Origin: an uncultured Ignavibacteria bacterium
GTDB taxonomy: Bacteria; Bacteroidota; Ignavibacteria; Kapaibacteriales; Kapaibacteriaceae
Assembly: GCA_937870915.1 (NCBI GenBank)
Contig: CALMZQ010000166.1
Coordinates: forward strand, 66 to 64,065
Length of the DNA: 64,000 nt
Direction: 5' to 3'
A program made the translations under genes and the position numbers. The notes below the pieces were generated by a model. It was given only the letters and a program-made list of their open reading frames with translations. It was not told where the DNA came from and searched no databases. How positions within the stretch are numbered: position 1 is the first letter of the stretch; each line of letters starts with the position of its first letter. Shown in pieces: positions 39,636 through 49,622 of this stretch.

Positions 39636-41533
39636 ATCGCCACGTGTGATCCCACCTCAAGCGTTCTCTTTACCGGGATGCCAAAATAGCGAGCAGGTGT
39701 TCGTGAGTTTCTGTGCAAGAACACGAAGATCTCCTTGCGCCATCGTGCCATTCCCTCGTCATCTTTTACGGTGAGAGTTTCGTGACCGAGTACAAAGATC
39801 GCATCGGTGATATCCACCGGTATGTCGTATTCCGGCAGATACATCAGATCGTGCATAAGATCTAGTTGATCCATAAATCCGTACGAGAGCACCACTTGAT
39901 AGACGCCCTTCTCCAAGTGCTTCACTTCTATCCGCTGCGAGAAGGGAACACGAGATGCCGTTTTGACATTCACCGAAAGCAGGACGATGGTCTCGTGACG
40001 AACCCGATTGTACATCAGGTTGCTGACAAGTGCAGGGGGCGCAATGCCCACGTACCCACTCATGTACAGAGCTGTACCCGGCACGTCTTCGTAGCGATCG
40101 ATCTCTTCATGAATAATGTCGAAGATCGGCTTGTTGCGTTTCTCGATCACTCGTCGCAGGATCTCTCTACCCTTATGCCATGTGATCATGACCATGAACG
40201 TAGCAGCAGCCATGGCAACAGGCACATAACCACCGTCTAGAAACTTCAGCATGTTGGCCAGCAAGAAGGACGCATCAATAACGAGGAAGACAGAGGTTAC
40301 GGCAAATGCGGCGGCGAATCCCCAATTGAACAGTCGTCTCATCGCAAACCATGCAAGGATGGTTGTGATGACCATCGTTGAGGTAACAGCGATGCCATAG
40401 GCAGCTGCAAGAGCGCCGGAGCTCTTGAAGGCGATAACAAGGACAACGCAGCTGATGAACAAGACCCAGTTAACGGTAGGCATGTAGATCTGGCCACGTT
40501 CGTCGCTCGATGTATGCATCACCTTGAGTCGGGGGAGGTATCCCAACTGCAACGCCTGCCACGTAAGGGAATACGCTCCGGAAATCACAGCCTGCGAGGC
40601 AATAATCGTTGCTATGGTGGACACCAGCACGAGAGGCAACACGCCCCACGATGGTACCATATGGAAGAACGGATTGCTTACAGTAGAGGCGACGTCTCCC
40701 TCGCGGAGTAGGAGAGCCCCTTGACCAAAATATTGAAGGATGAGTCCGGGATAGGCTACGTAGAACCATCCGCGGATGATCGGCTTACGGCCAAAGTGCC
40801 CCATATCGGCATACAGTGCCTCGCCACCGGTTACAACCAGAAACACGCTTCCGAGCACCACAAAGGCGCCGAAACCGTGGTTCATGAAGAAGTTGATGCC
40901 ATGGATTGGGTTGATGGCATGGAAGACATCGGGTGTTTGCAAAGCGCTGATGACGCCCAAGGTTCCGAGGAGTGCGAACCATCCAACCATGAACGGACCA
41001 AAGATCCGACCAACTCCACCGGTCCCATATTTCTGGATACCAAAGAGAACCAGAAGAAGAACAATGGTGATCGGTATGATCCACGGGTGGAGTCCGGGTG
41101 CCGCAACTTCGAGACCCTCCACAGCCGAGAGAACCGAGATGGCAGGCGTGATAATCCCATCGCCATACAGCAGGGCAGCGCCAAAGATCCCCATGGCGAA
41201 GATGGCGCCCATCTTTGCGAAGGAGCCTTTACGCTCACTCACGAGCTCCATCAGAGCCAAGATGCCCCCTTCACCCTTGTTGTCGAACCGGGTGATGATG
41301 AGCAGGTACTTTACGCAGATGATGAGCGTAAGTGCCCAGAAGATCAGCGAGAGAATGCCAAGAACTTCAGGGCGACCAGGTGTTAGGTGGTAGTGAGGCG
41401 AGAAACATTCTTTGAGCGAGTAGAGGGGGCTAGTGCCAATGTCGCCATACACAACGCCTATCGCACCTACTGTTAGGGCAAGGATCCGAGTACGCGTAGG
41501 CGTGCCAGACTCACCCGACGTATGTTGGTCCAT
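39632..41533 (-). CDS. kup: KUP/HAK/KT potassium transporter
   Basis: N-terminal signature GVVYGDIGTSPLY, 12 TM-like segments, and a cytoplasmic C-terminal domain. 633 aa. Confidence 0.9.
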   Translation of the reverse strand: MDQHTSGESGTPTRTRILALTVGAIGVVYGDIGTSPLYSLKECFSPHYHLTPGRPEVLGILSLIFWALTLIICVKYLLIITRFDNKGEGGILALMELVSERKGSFAKMGAIFAMGIFGAALLYGDGIITPAISVLSAVEGLEVAAPGLHPWIIPITIVLLLVLFGIQKYGTGGVGRIFGPFMVGWFALLGTLGVISALQTPDVFHAINPIHGINFFMNHGFGAFVVLGSVFLVVTGGEALYADMGHFGRKPIIRGWFYVAYPGLILQYFGQGALLLREGDVASTVSNPFFHMVPSWGVLPLVLVSTIATIIASQAVISGAYSLTWQALQLGYLPRLKVMHTSSDERGQIYMPTVNWVLFISCVVLVIAFKSSGALAAAYGIAVTSTMVITTILAWFAMRRLFNWGFAAAFAVTSVFLVIDASFLLANMLKFLDGGYVPVAMAAATFMVMITWHKGREILRRVIEKRNKPIFDIIHEEIDRYEDVPGTALYMSGYVGIAPPALVSNLMYNRVRHETIVLLSVNVKTASRVPFSQRIEVKHLEKGVYQVVLSYGFMDQLDLMHDLMYLPEYDIPVDITDAIFVLGHETLTVKDDEGMARWRKEIFVFLHRNSRTPARYFGIPVKRTLEVGSHVAI

Positions 41534-41553
41534 TGTGGACCTTCATGATCTGG

Positions 41554-41582
41554 AACAAAAACGCCCTGCGAAAAGCAGGGCG
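41554..41582 (-). terminator. intrinsic terminator after hicA
   Basis: On the minus strand, CGCCCTGC-TTTTC-GCAGGGCG is followed by TTTTTGTT. It lies 9 nt downstream of the hicA stop and just upstream of the kup start. Confidence 0.7.
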
Positions 41583-41590
41583 GTTCAAAC

Positions 41591-41821
41591 TTACGGAGCT
41601 TTTGTGAAGGTCTCGCGCGGTAGGCCACTTTGTCGTATGATCGATCGAAGTGTACCCGTTGCCAACTCTTTGTGGAGAGGGACGATCACTGTCACGGTGG
41701 TGTCATTCTGGAGGCTCTGAAGCACGGCATGGCTACCCTTATGTCTCACATAGACGAATCCGTGTGATTGAAGGATAGCAACGACGTCAGTTCCAGAAAG
41801 GGGTGGAATTCTAGCCAACAA
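41591..41821 (-). CDS. hicA: type II toxin HicA (mRNA interferase)
   Basis: 76 aa with HicA/YcfA pattern LSGTDVVAILQSHGFVYVRHKGSHAVL...VIVPLHKELATGTLRSIIRQSGL. TTG start inside the hicB 3' end (11-nt overlap). Confidence 0.8.
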   Translation of the reverse strand: MLARIPPLSGTDVVAILQSHGFVYVRHKGSHAVLQSLQNDTTVTVIVPLHKELATGTLRSIIRQSGLPRETFTKAP

Positions 41822-42035
41822 AGATCTCGAAGTGTTTCACGACCGGTACATTCGAAAGTCTGCGTTGTACCTCGTCGTGGGAAGCAACATCAAGAAATAG
41901 GGTGACTGCCTCGCGAAGATTGACATCGGCCTCTTCGAGTGATAATCCCTGGCTCGCAATATCGAATTCGAGGCATGTAGCGACCCAAACGTCGCCATCC
42001 CGTTCAATGATGCTGGTAAGCGGATACCTTGGCAT
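41811..42035 (-). CDS. hicB: HicB-family antitoxin (short, UPF0150-like)
   Basis: MPRYPLTSIIERDGDVWVATCLEFDIASQGLSLEEADVNLREAVTLFLD matches the HicB N-terminal fold pattern. Start at ATG 42035 preferred; 42074 is possible. Confidence 0.7.
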   Translation of the reverse strand: MPRYPLTSIIERDGDVWVATCLEFDIASQGLSLEEADVNLREAVTLFLDVASHDEVQRRLSNVPVVKHFEIFVG

Positions 42036-42130
42036 TTGAAACCCTGATCTTTGCATTGCAAACTCGAAATACATACGAAGAACGGTTTGTTACAGTCTTC
42101 GTGTATTCTGTGGATCAAAACGTGACGTTT

Positions 42131-42643
42131 CTAACTGACCCCGTAGCGTTCTCGTAGTATCCTAAGGTGATGCACGGTGTGTCCTGCGATCGTCCAGATG
42201 ATAGCGCGGGGAGTGATGGGTTTCCCGTTGGCGATCCCGATGCGCGAAACGTCTTCTTCACTCAAGGAGGCAAACAGGCAGATGTTGGCATCCCGTAGGT
42301 GGAACCACTCATCCATGATGCTCTTGAGAGATCGTTCATCAAAAGCGGCGTTTGCAACGTACGTGTTCTCGTCAAAGCCTGGAAGGGGCTGAGTTTCTCC
42401 GCGAGCGATGCAGAGTGCCCTAGTGCCAAAGATCCGTTCCGCATCTAAGAGGTGGCCAATGACCTCCTTGATGCTCCATTTCCCATCTTCATAGCGGTAT
42501 CGTGCGGAGTCGTCATCAAGGATAGATGCGATTGTAGCCATTTCCTCGCGCTGACTCTCCAGGGTGGACATCACATCGTCCGCCTCAACTTGGTCAACAT
42601 ATTGCTCGTAATACGCCGGGAACTCGTGCGCAGCTGGTCGCAT
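42131..42643 (-). CDS. DinB-family (DinB_2) metalloenzyme-like protein
   Basis: ATG 42643 with a GAGGAG SD. Motifs IGHLLDAERIFGTRALCIARGE..PLPGFDEN and a C-terminal IAGHTVHHLRIL (His triad pattern of DinB-fold proteins). Confidence 0.7.
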   Translation of the reverse strand: MRPAAHEFPAYYEQYVDQVEADDVMSTLESQREEMATIASILDDDSARYRYEDGKWSIKEVIGHLLDAERIFGTRALCIARGETQPLPGFDENTYVANAAFDERSLKSIMDEWFHLRDANICLFASLSEEDVSRIGIANGKPITPRAIIWTIAGHTVHHLRILRERYGVS

Positions 42644-42700
42644 TGTGTACTCCTCAACCGTGATTCCACCCCGGGCCAATATACAGTTACTCGGTAACAC

Positions 42701-42764
42701 AGTTACTCAGTTACTCAGTTACTCAGTTGCCGAGTTACCGAGTTACAGAGTTACAGGGTTACTG
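42701..42764. repeat. 8-nt tandem array AGTTACNN x8 (left arm of composite palindrome)
   Basis: Units: AGTTACTC x3, AGTTGCCG, AGTTACCG, AGTTACAG x2, GGTTACTG. The minus strand reads GTAACT, giving a TAA in each unit. Confidence 0.9.
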
Positions 42765-42785
42765 ATGGTGGGATTCCGTAATCTT

Positions 42786-42853
42786 GTAACTCTGTAACTC
42801 TGTAACCCTGTAACTCTGTAACCCTGTAACTCTGTAACCCTGTAACTAGTAAC
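42786..42853. repeat. 8-nt tandem array GTAACYCT x8 (right arm, inverted relative to left arm)
   Basis: GTAACTCT and GTAACCCT alternate, ending GTAACTAGTAAC. The array stops 13 nt before the ATG at 42867. Confidence 0.9.
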
Positions 42854-42866
42854 GAGCCTGACGTCC

Positions 42867-44030
42867 ATGTTTACACACCCAGATTACTACAACATCGACG
42901 AGCTTCTCACGGAAGAAGAAAAGCTCGTTCGGCAAACCGTGCGAGACTTTGTTGAGAACGAGATCCTGCCGATCATCGAGCAGAGTGCCAGGGAAGGTGT
43001 GTTTCCGCTCCATTTGGTAAAGAAGATGGCGGAGATCGGCCTTTTCGGGATCACCCTGCCCCCTGAATATGGTGGCGCAGGAATGAACTACATGTGTTAT
43101 GGTTTGGCGATGCAAGAACTTGAGCGTGGTGACTCCGGGATCCGGTCTTTTGCATCGGTGCAGAGTTCGCTGGTAATGTATCCCATATATACCTATGGTT
43201 CCGAGGAGCAGAAGAGAAAGTGGCTTCCACGTCTCGCCGCAGGGGAAGCAATTGGATGTTTTGGACTTACGGAGCCGGATGCAGGATCGAACCCTTCGGC
43301 TATGGTTACAAATGCCAAGAAGGTAGATGGCGGATTTATCCTTAACGGTGCCAAGATGTGGATCACGAACGGCACACTAGCTGATGTAGCCGTGGTCTGG
43401 GCCAAACTCGATGGCGTGGTAAGGGGCTTCTTGGTGGAAAAAGGCATGAAGGGATTTACGGCCCCTGAAATGAAGGGGAAACACTCCCTACGGGCCTCCG
43501 TTACCTCGGAACTGGTCTTTCAAGACGTCTTTTTGCCAGAAGAAAACATTCTTCCGGGTGTGGAAGGCCTCCGCGGACCACTTTCTTGCCTAACACAGGC
43601 TCGGTACGGAATATCCTGGGGTGTAGTGGGCGCTGCTATGTCGTGTTACGACTCTTCGTTGAACTATGCCAAGAGTCGGATTGCTTTTGACAAGCCAATC
43701 GCGGGTTTCCAGCTCATCCAAGACAAACTTGTTTGGATGCTCAACGAAATCACGAAGGCCCAGCTCCTGTGTTGGCGTCTCGCTAAGATCAAAGAAAACA
43801 ACACCTTACGTCCGCAGCACGTTTCACTTGCAAAGCGTAACAATTGCGAAATGGCCCTAACCATAGCCCGCATGAGCAGGGAGATCCACGGAGCTAATGG
43901 GATTCTTGATGAATACCCAGTGATGCGCCACGCTGCCAACCTTGAATCGGTAAAGACCTACGAAGGCACCCATGAAATGCACACCCTGATCATTGGTCAG
44001 GACATTACGGGGCTTTCGGCGTTCAGCTGA
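42867..44030 (+). CDS. gcdH: acyl-CoA dehydrogenase, glutaryl-CoA-dehydrogenase-like
   Basis: ACAD fold motifs. IGCFGLTEPDAGSNPSAM, WITNGTLADVAVVWAK and C-terminal YEGTHEMHTLIIG resemble the GCDH subfamily. Confidence 0.75.
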   Translation: MFTHPDYYNIDELLTEEEKLVRQTVRDFVENEILPIIEQSAREGVFPLHLVKKMAEIGLFGITLPPEYGGAGMNYMCYGLAMQELERGDSGIRSFASVQSSLVMYPIYTYGSEEQKRKWLPRLAAGEAIGCFGLTEPDAGSNPSAMVTNAKKVDGGFILNGAKMWITNGTLADVAVVWAKLDGVVRGFLVEKGMKGFTAPEMKGKHSLRASVTSELVFQDVFLPEENILPGVEGLRGPLSCLTQARYGISWGVVGAAMSCYDSSLNYAKSRIAFDKPIAGFQLIQDKLVWMLNEITKAQLLCWRLAKIKENNTLRPQHVSLAKRNNCEMALTIARMSREIHGANGILDEYPVMRHAANLESVKTYEGTHEMHTLIIGQDITGLSAFS

Positions 44031-44032
44031 AC

Positions 44033-44067
44033 GCGAATAGCGAATAGCGAATGGGTGGATGTGGATA
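44033..44067. repeat. 7-nt tandem array GCGAATA x3 then GTGGATA x2
   Basis: It starts 2 nt after the gcdH stop (TGA 44028-30). The unit junctions create TAG at 44038 and 44045. Confidence 0.8.
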
Positions 44068-44128
44068 AATCTTTGGGGGCTAGTGGCTGTTCGCTGATAG
44101 CTCCTTATATTTGTGACTGCGATGAAGG

Positions 44129-44160
44129 GTGGGCTTTTTCAGAGCCCACTTTTTGTTTTT
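44129..44160 (+). terminator. intrinsic terminator
   Basis: GTGGGCT (44129-35) and AGCCCAC (44143-49), followed by TTTTTGTTTTT. Confidence 0.75.
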
Positions 44161-44188
44161 GGCAACGACTCACTAAAGACGGAGAGCT

Positions 44189-44656
44189 GTGAAGGAGAAC
44201 CTACCGGAATCCATCCGGACCGCGATCAACGATGCCTGCATCGCAGCGGGGGTTACCCTCATAGACGTAGTGGTTCGGGGCCAAGCGGCACAATTGATCG
44301 TGGACATCTTCATTGATACGCCCGAGGGTATCACACACGATCATTGCCGGGCCGTTAGCCGCGGCTTGGATGAACGGCTGGAGAACGACGAATTCGCCGG
44401 CCGCCTTCGGGCGGTCGATGTGTCTTCGCCCGGTGCTGATGCTCCGGTGAAGCATCTATGGCAATTGACAAAAAGTGTCGGCAGAACGGTGCGCGTGGTA
44501 CGGAGCACCGATGGTTCGATCATCGAAGGCACGCTTTTGCGAGCTGACGATGACGGCTTGGACGTTCAGCCGGTACAATCAAAGAAAGATCCTAAGCCCC
44601 TTGTTTCGCTTCACGCAGCGGACATTAAAGAGGCGAGGGTGGTGATCAAGATCTAG
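44189..44656 (+). CDS. rimP: ribosome maturation factor RimP
   Basis: 155 aa with a GTG start. Position immediately upstream of nusA, and a RimP-like N-terminus (...AAGVTLIDVVVRGQ...VDIFID). Confidence 0.8.
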   Translation: MKENLPESIRTAINDACIAAGVTLIDVVVRGQAAQLIVDIFIDTPEGITHDHCRAVSRGLDERLENDEFAGRLRAVDVSSPGADAPVKHLWQLTKSVGRTVRVVRSTDGSIIEGTLLRADDDGLDVQPVQSKKDPKPLVSLHAADIKEARVVIKI

Positions 44657-44665
44657 GACGAAATC

Positions 44666-46132
44666 ATGGCACGCCGCAAGGTTAAACAACAGGTCGACAA
44701 CAAGAAGCTTATCATCGAAGCCTTCAATGAGATGGCGCGTGAAAAGAGTATTGATCGCGACCTCTTGCAGGGCATCGTTGAAGAGACGTTGTCTGCGATG
44801 GTGCGTAAGAAGTATGGTTTGGAATCAAACTTCGACATCATTGTGAACATGGAGAAGGGGGATATCGAAATCTACCTCATGCGAGAGATCGTAGAAGTGG
44901 TAGAGAACGCAGAACTCCAGATCTCCGTAGAAGAAGTTGCGTTGAAATCGAAAGAAACACCGGTCATTGGTGACGAATACATCGAAGAGATCACGCTTGA
45001 GAACATCGCCGATTCCTTCGGCAGACGTCTCATTGCACAAGCCATTCAAAACCTCAACCAGCGTATTCGCGACGTAGAGAAGGATAACATCTACGAAGAG
45101 TATGCAAAGCGCGTTGGTGAGATAATCATTGGCGAGATCTATCAGGTTCGTCCAAACAATGTTCTTGTGATGCACAACAAGGTTGAGATGCGACTTCCGC
45201 GCGAAGAGCAGATCCCTACCGAGCGTCTCAAGAAGAATCAACAGGTAAAGGCCATCCTTAAGGAAGTACGCCGTTCAGGCGGTGCAACCGGACTGCCGGA
45301 TCTGATCCTTTCTCGTGCTGACGACTCCTATATGGCTCGTTTGTTTGAGCAGGAGATCCCTGAGATCTATGACGGTATCATTGAGATACGTGCAATCGCC
45401 CGTGAGCCGGGTGAGCGAGCCAAGGTTGCAGTTACATCGTTCGACGAACGTGTTGATCCGGTGGGTGCCTGCGTTGGTATGAAGGGTATTCGTATCCACT
45501 CCATCGTTCGTGAACTCGGCAACGAAAACATCGACATCATTGAGTACACAGAAGATCCTCGTCTCTTCATTGCACGTGCGCTTTCGCCGGCAAAGGTTCG
45601 CGACGTACAGATTTCCCAGGATGGTCACCAAGCAACCGTGATTGTACCGGACGATCAAGTTTCTCTTGCCATCGGCAAGCAGGGGCAGAACGTCCGCCTC
45701 GCATCTAAACTCACAGGCTACTCTTTGTCGCTTGTGAAAGAAGGTGCTGAGGATATCGAACTCATTGAGTTCCGCGACGAGATCGGCCGCGACGTATTCG
45801 ATCAACTCATCCAAGCCGGTATTGATACCGCTCGTGAGTTTCTCGAAGCAGAGCCTACTCTTCTTTTGGCCATTGCACCAAAAGAGAAGATCGTTCGCAT
45901 CCGCACAGTAATGCTCGAAGAATTTGAAGAACGAGAGAACCAAGACTACCTCGTGGCCCTCGACGAAGCTGCAACCGCAGCAGAGCTGGGGAACGTGGCT
46001 GTTGAGGCAGCAGATGACATCGCCGAATCGTATGCCGAGGACACACCGGAAGTGTACGAGTTGAGTGAAGAAGAAGCCCCGTCCGATACTGAAGTGGTAT
46101 CTGAAGACGGAGACGAACAGGTAGCGGAATAA
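44666..46132 (+). CDS. nusA: transcription termination/antitermination factor NusA
   Basis: NusA N-terminal, S1 and two KH regions (IEIRAIAREPGERAKVAV, DPVGACVGMKGIRIHSIVRELGNENIDII, VSLAIGKQGQNVRLASKLTG), plus an acidic C-terminal tail. Confidence 0.95.
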   Translation: MARRKVKQQVDNKKLIIEAFNEMAREKSIDRDLLQGIVEETLSAMVRKKYGLESNFDIIVNMEKGDIEIYLMREIVEVVENAELQISVEEVALKSKETPVIGDEYIEEITLENIADSFGRRLIAQAIQNLNQRIRDVEKDNIYEEYAKRVGEIIIGEIYQVRPNNVLVMHNKVEMRLPREEQIPTERLKKNQQVKAILKEVRRSGGATGLPDLILSRADDSYMARLFEQEIPEIYDGIIEIRAIAREPGERAKVAVTSFDERVDPVGACVGMKGIRIHSIVRELGNENIDIIEYTEDPRLFIARALSPAKVRDVQISQDGHQATVIVPDDQVSLAIGKQGQNVRLASKLTGYSLSLVKEGAEDIELIEFRDEIGRDVFDQLIQAGIDTAREFLEAEPTLLLAIAPKEKIVRIRTVMLEEFEERENQDYLVALDEAATAAELGNVAVEAADDIAESYAEDTPEVYELSEEEAPSDTEVVSEDGDEQVAE

Positions 46133-46143
46133 CAGAAGGGTGT

Positions 46144-49100
46144 ATGGCTGGGTCCCCAGGAAATAAGCTTTTTAAGATCGCAAGTCAGATCAACATCGGT
46201 CGCGACGCGATCGTGGAATATCTTGCCTCGAAGGGTCATAAGATCGAGAACAAGGCTACCACGGTTCTATCCGATGAGCAGTCTGATCTCGTCATCGAAA
46301 AGTTTGCGAAAGAACTTAAGACCGCGCAGAAACAGCGCGAAAAGGTTCAACGCCAACAACAGGTGCGCAAGACTCAACTTGAGCAGGGCAGCGCCGTTTC
46401 GATTGACACCATTGCGGAAGCACATGAACGCGAACGTGAGATCGAGGAGCGCCTTGAGCGCCCTGCCGAAACCCACGTTGAAGAGACGCCTCAGGCAGAG
46501 GTGGCAGCTCCGGTAGCCACTCCACCGCCGGCTCCGGCCGCTACCGTGGAAACTCCTATCGCACCTGTTGTGGCAGAAGTGCCGGAACAACCGTCTGCGG
46601 TTGTTGAGGCCCCTCCAGCAGCAGAATCTGCTGCCCCGGTTGCCACACCTGAAGCTATTCCTACACCTGATTCTTCACCTGCGCCTGCACCAGAACCGGA
46701 ATCCACTGGTCCTGCAGTTGGTGCGGTGATCGATCTGAGCGCTATTGGGAAACCAAAAGAAGAGCCCAAGCCAACGCCGAAGCCACTTCCAAAGCAGACA
46801 GCAAGATCCACGCCTCCTTCAAAGGCCGTGCCGGCTCCGGCACCACCTGTTGCGGCTCCAGTTGCAGAAAAGGCTGCTCCGGCAGATACTGCAGCAGCAG
46901 CTGAAACAGAGGCAGTTGCCGGAGAAGAGGGTGACGGCACAAAGGCCAAGCGCAAGCGTAAGGGAGTGATCGAAGTGGAATACAAGCCGGGCGGAAATGC
47001 TCAGCTTCGTGGACTCACTGTTCTTGGTAAGATTGATCTTACACCAAAGGCACCGCCGCGGCCAAAGCGTAATGAGCGCGGTCCGGCTGGTCGTGAGGGT
47101 GGCCCACGAGGAGCCATCGGCGAACAGTTGGCAGCACGTGGTAAAGGTCCTGGTCAGGGTCAGGGACAAGGCGGATCATCCACGGGTTCAACCGGTGGTG
47201 GATTCAGCACTAACCGTCCTCCACGTCCGGGTGGCGGTGGACCAACAAGCCCCGGGCTTGGACAATCAGCAGCTGCAAAGAAGGCAGCAGATAAGAAGCG
47301 CAAAGCGCCGGTAAAGGGTATGCGGACGCAGGTTTCGGACTCGGATGTAGAGCGCGCTATTAGGCAGACGCTCTCCGGTATGGAGCTTAACCCTACGGGC
47401 GGACGTGCCAAGCTTCGGCAGCGTAAGCGCATGGAGCGTGAAGAAAAGGCCGCTATCCGTCAGGAAGAACGCGCTCGTGAAGACAATACGCTACGTTTGT
47501 CTGAGTTCGTAACAACAGCCGACCTCGCAAACATGATGCGTGTTACGGCGTCTGACATCATCATGAAGTGTATGAGTCTTGGTCTGATGGTTTCCATCAA
47601 CCAACGTCTCGATAAAGACACGATCACACTCATAGCGTCTGACTATGGTTATGAGGTGTCGTTCCTCGATGATCAATCGGAACAAGATATAGAAGACGAT
47701 GTAGATGAAGTTGAAACACTTCGTCCGCGCTCGCCGATCGTTACGATCATGGGTCACGTTGACCATGGTAAAACATCGTTGTTGGATCATATCCGCAACG
47801 CAAATGTTGTAGCCGGTGAAGCAGGCGGAATTACACAACACATCGGTGCCTATCGTGTAGAAACAGACTCCGGTAGGTCCATTACGTTCCTCGATACACC
47901 TGGTCACGAAGCCTTTACGGCCATGCGTGCTCGTGGTGCTCAGGTAACAGACATCGTAGTTCTTGTTGTTGCTGCCGATGACAGCGTGATGCCACAAACA
48001 ATTGAGGCCATCTCACACGCGCAAGCTGCGAACGTACCGATCGTTGTTGCTATCAATAAGGTGGATCGTCCGGAATCCAATCCGGATCGTATTCGCCAAC
48101 AGCTCGCAGACCATGGGGTTCTTGTTGAAGACTGGGGCGGTAAGTATCAGGTTGCAGAGATCTCTGCAAAACTTGGCACCAACATCCCCCAACTCCTCGA
48201 GAAGATCCTCCTCGAAGCCGATATTCTCGAACTCAAGGCCAACCCAGATCGCAACGCTCGTGCAACGGTAATCGAAGCACACGTTGATAAGGGGCGTGGT
48301 AATGTGGTAACAGTGATCGTCCAAAAGGGTACACTCAACGTGGGCGATATCTTCGTCTGCGGTCAGTTTGCCGGACGTGTTCGTGCCATGTTCGATGAAC
48401 GCGGAAATCGCATGGACTCTGCAGGACCATCGATGCCGGCCCAGGTGACTGGATTTGACGGTTTGCCAAATTCCGGTGACATTCTCTATGAAATGGAAAC
48501 GGATGCAGAAGCTCGCGACGTAGCAACGCGTCGTCAGCAGCTTCGCCGCGAACAGCAATTCCGCGGTATGCGTCACATGACCTTGGACGATATCTCTGCG
48601 CAGATCCAACAAGGTGGCGTAAAGGAACTCAGGCTCATCGTTCGTGCAGACGTAAGTGGTTCGGTAGAAGCTCTCTCCGATTCGTTGCAGAAGCTCTCTA
48701 CGGCAGAGGTTAAGGTACACATCATCTTCAAGGCTGTTGGTGCGATCACCGAGAGCGACGTAATGCTTGCATCGGCCTCCGATGCCGTTATCGTAGGCTT
48801 CCAGGTGAACACATCGCCGGCTGCCCGCAAGGTTGCCGAAGCAGAGAATGTTGATGTGCGTCTGTACTCCATCATCTACGACTGTATCAACGAAGTCCAG
48901 CTTGCACTCGAAGGTATGCTCACGCCAGACATTAAGGAGGAGATCACCTCCGGTGTTGAAGTTCGCGCGATCTTCAAGATCAGCAAGCTTGGTACCATCG
49001 CTGGGTGTTATGTCCTTACGGGCAAGATCACACGAAACGACAAGGTTCGTGTACTTCGCGATGGATTTGAGATATTCAAGGGTACCCTGCAGTCGCTTAA

Positions 49101-49236
49101 ACGTATCAAGGATGATGTTCGCGAGGTTGATGCCGGCTACGAATGCGGTATTGCACTCAACGGCTTCAACGATCTTGAAGTTGGGGATATCATCGAAGGC
49201 TACAAGACCATTGAAGTGAAACGGAAGCTTTCCTAG
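46144..49236 (+). CDS. infB: translation initiation factor IF-2
   Basis: GTPase motifs [20 protein letters not shown] and NKVD. Long Pro/Ala/Glu-rich and Gly-rich N-terminal region. 1030 aa. Confidence 0.95.
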   Translation: MAGSPGNKLFKIASQINIGRDAIVEYLASKGHKIENKATTVLSDEQSDLVIEKFAKELKTAQKQREKVQRQQQVRKTQLEQGSAVSIDTIAEAHEREREIEERLERPAETHVEETPQAEVAAPVATPPPAPAATVETPIAPVVAEVPEQPSAVVEAPPAAESAAPVATPEAIPTPDSSPAPAPEPESTGPAVGAVIDLSAIGKPKEEPKPTPKPLPKQTARSTPPSKAVPAPAPPVAAPVAEKAAPADTAAAAETEAVAGEEGDGTKAKRKRKGVIEVEYKPGGNAQLRGLTVLGKIDLTPKAPPRPKRNERGPAGREGGPRGAIGEQLAARGKGPGQGQGQGGSSTGSTGGGFSTNRPPRPGGGGPTSPGLGQSAAAKKAADKKRKAPVKGMRTQVSDSDVERAIRQTLSGMELNPTGGRAKLRQRKRMEREEKAAIRQEERAREDNTLRLSEFVTTADLANMMRVTASDIIMKCMSLGLMVSINQRLDKDTITLIASDYGYEVSFLDDQSEQDIEDDVDEVETLRPRSPIVTIMGHVDHGKTSLLDHIRNANVVAGEAGGITQHIGAYRVETDSGRSITFLDTPGHEAFTAMRARGAQVTDIVVLVVAADDSVMPQTIEAISHAQAANVPIVVAINKVDRPESNPDRIRQQLADHGVLVEDWGGKYQVAEISAKLGTNIPQLLEKILLEADILELKANPDRNARATVIEAHVDKGRGNVVTVIVQKGTLNVGDIFVCGQFAGRVRAMFDERGNRMDSAGPSMPAQVTGFDGLPNSGDILYEMETDAEARDVATRRQQLRREQQFRGMRHMTLDDISAQIQQGGVKELRLIVRADVSGSVEALSDSLQKLSTAEVKVHIIFKAVGAITESDVMLASASDAVIVGFQVNTSPAARKVAEAENVDVRLYSIIYDCINEVQLALEGMLTPDIKEEITSGVEVRAIFKISKLGTIAGCYVLTGKITRNDKVRVLRDGFEIFKGTLQSLKRIKDDVREVDAGYECGIALNGFNDLEVGDIIEGYKTIEVKRKLS

Positions 49237-49238
49237 TC

Positions 49239-49622
49239 GTGTCGATTCGAACCGAAAGAGTGGCGGGCGAGATCCAGAAAGCCCTGGCAGCGCCCCTTCG
49301 ATCGATCTCCGAAGAGATCTCGGCGGGATTTATCACCGTAACCGAGGTGCGGCTGTCTCCTGACCTTCAAACCGCTCGAGTCTATCTCAGTGTGTTCGGT
49401 GGTAAGCGAACGCCGGCCGAAGTGCTCGATCATATCGAACAGCACGAGTCCGGCAGATTACGCCACCAACTCGCTAAGGCCGTCCGGTTGCGGTATGCTC
49501 CACAACTCAGGTTCTATATCGATGACTCTCTCGATCGCGCACAACGCATCGAAGCACTACTCGATAGCGTGAAACCAAAGGATGAAGAAGCGTCCGTAGA
49601 CGGTGAACAACATGACGAATGA
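49239..49622 (+). CDS. rbfA: ribosome-binding factor A
   Basis: GTG start 2 nt after the infB stop. RTERVAGEIQKAL and VTEVRLSPDLQTARVYLSV are typical of RbfA. Confidence 0.9.
   Translation: MSIRTERVAGEIQKALAAPLRSISEEISAGFITVTEVRLSPDLQTARVYLSVFGGKRTPAEVLDHIEQHESGRLRHQLAKAVRLRYAPQLRFYIDDSLDRAQRIEALLDSVKPKDEEASVDGEQHDE

Noticed and set aside
42701-42853. CRISPR array interpretation of the tandem repeats (also at 21423, 33773, 44033, 56403 and 61745)
   Set aside because: The units are 7-13 nt and directly abutting, with no unique spacers, and there are no cas genes in the window.
41534-42866. Mobile element or genomic island around hicBA and DinB
   Set aside because: There is no integrase, transposase, direct-repeat att sites or tRNA at the borders. 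Only the small TA module itself looks inserted.
46491-46985. 164-aa antisense ORF (Ala/Gly/Ser-rich) within infB
   Set aside because: It is the mirror of the Pro/Ala-rich IF-2 N-terminal linker coding region and has no independent signals.
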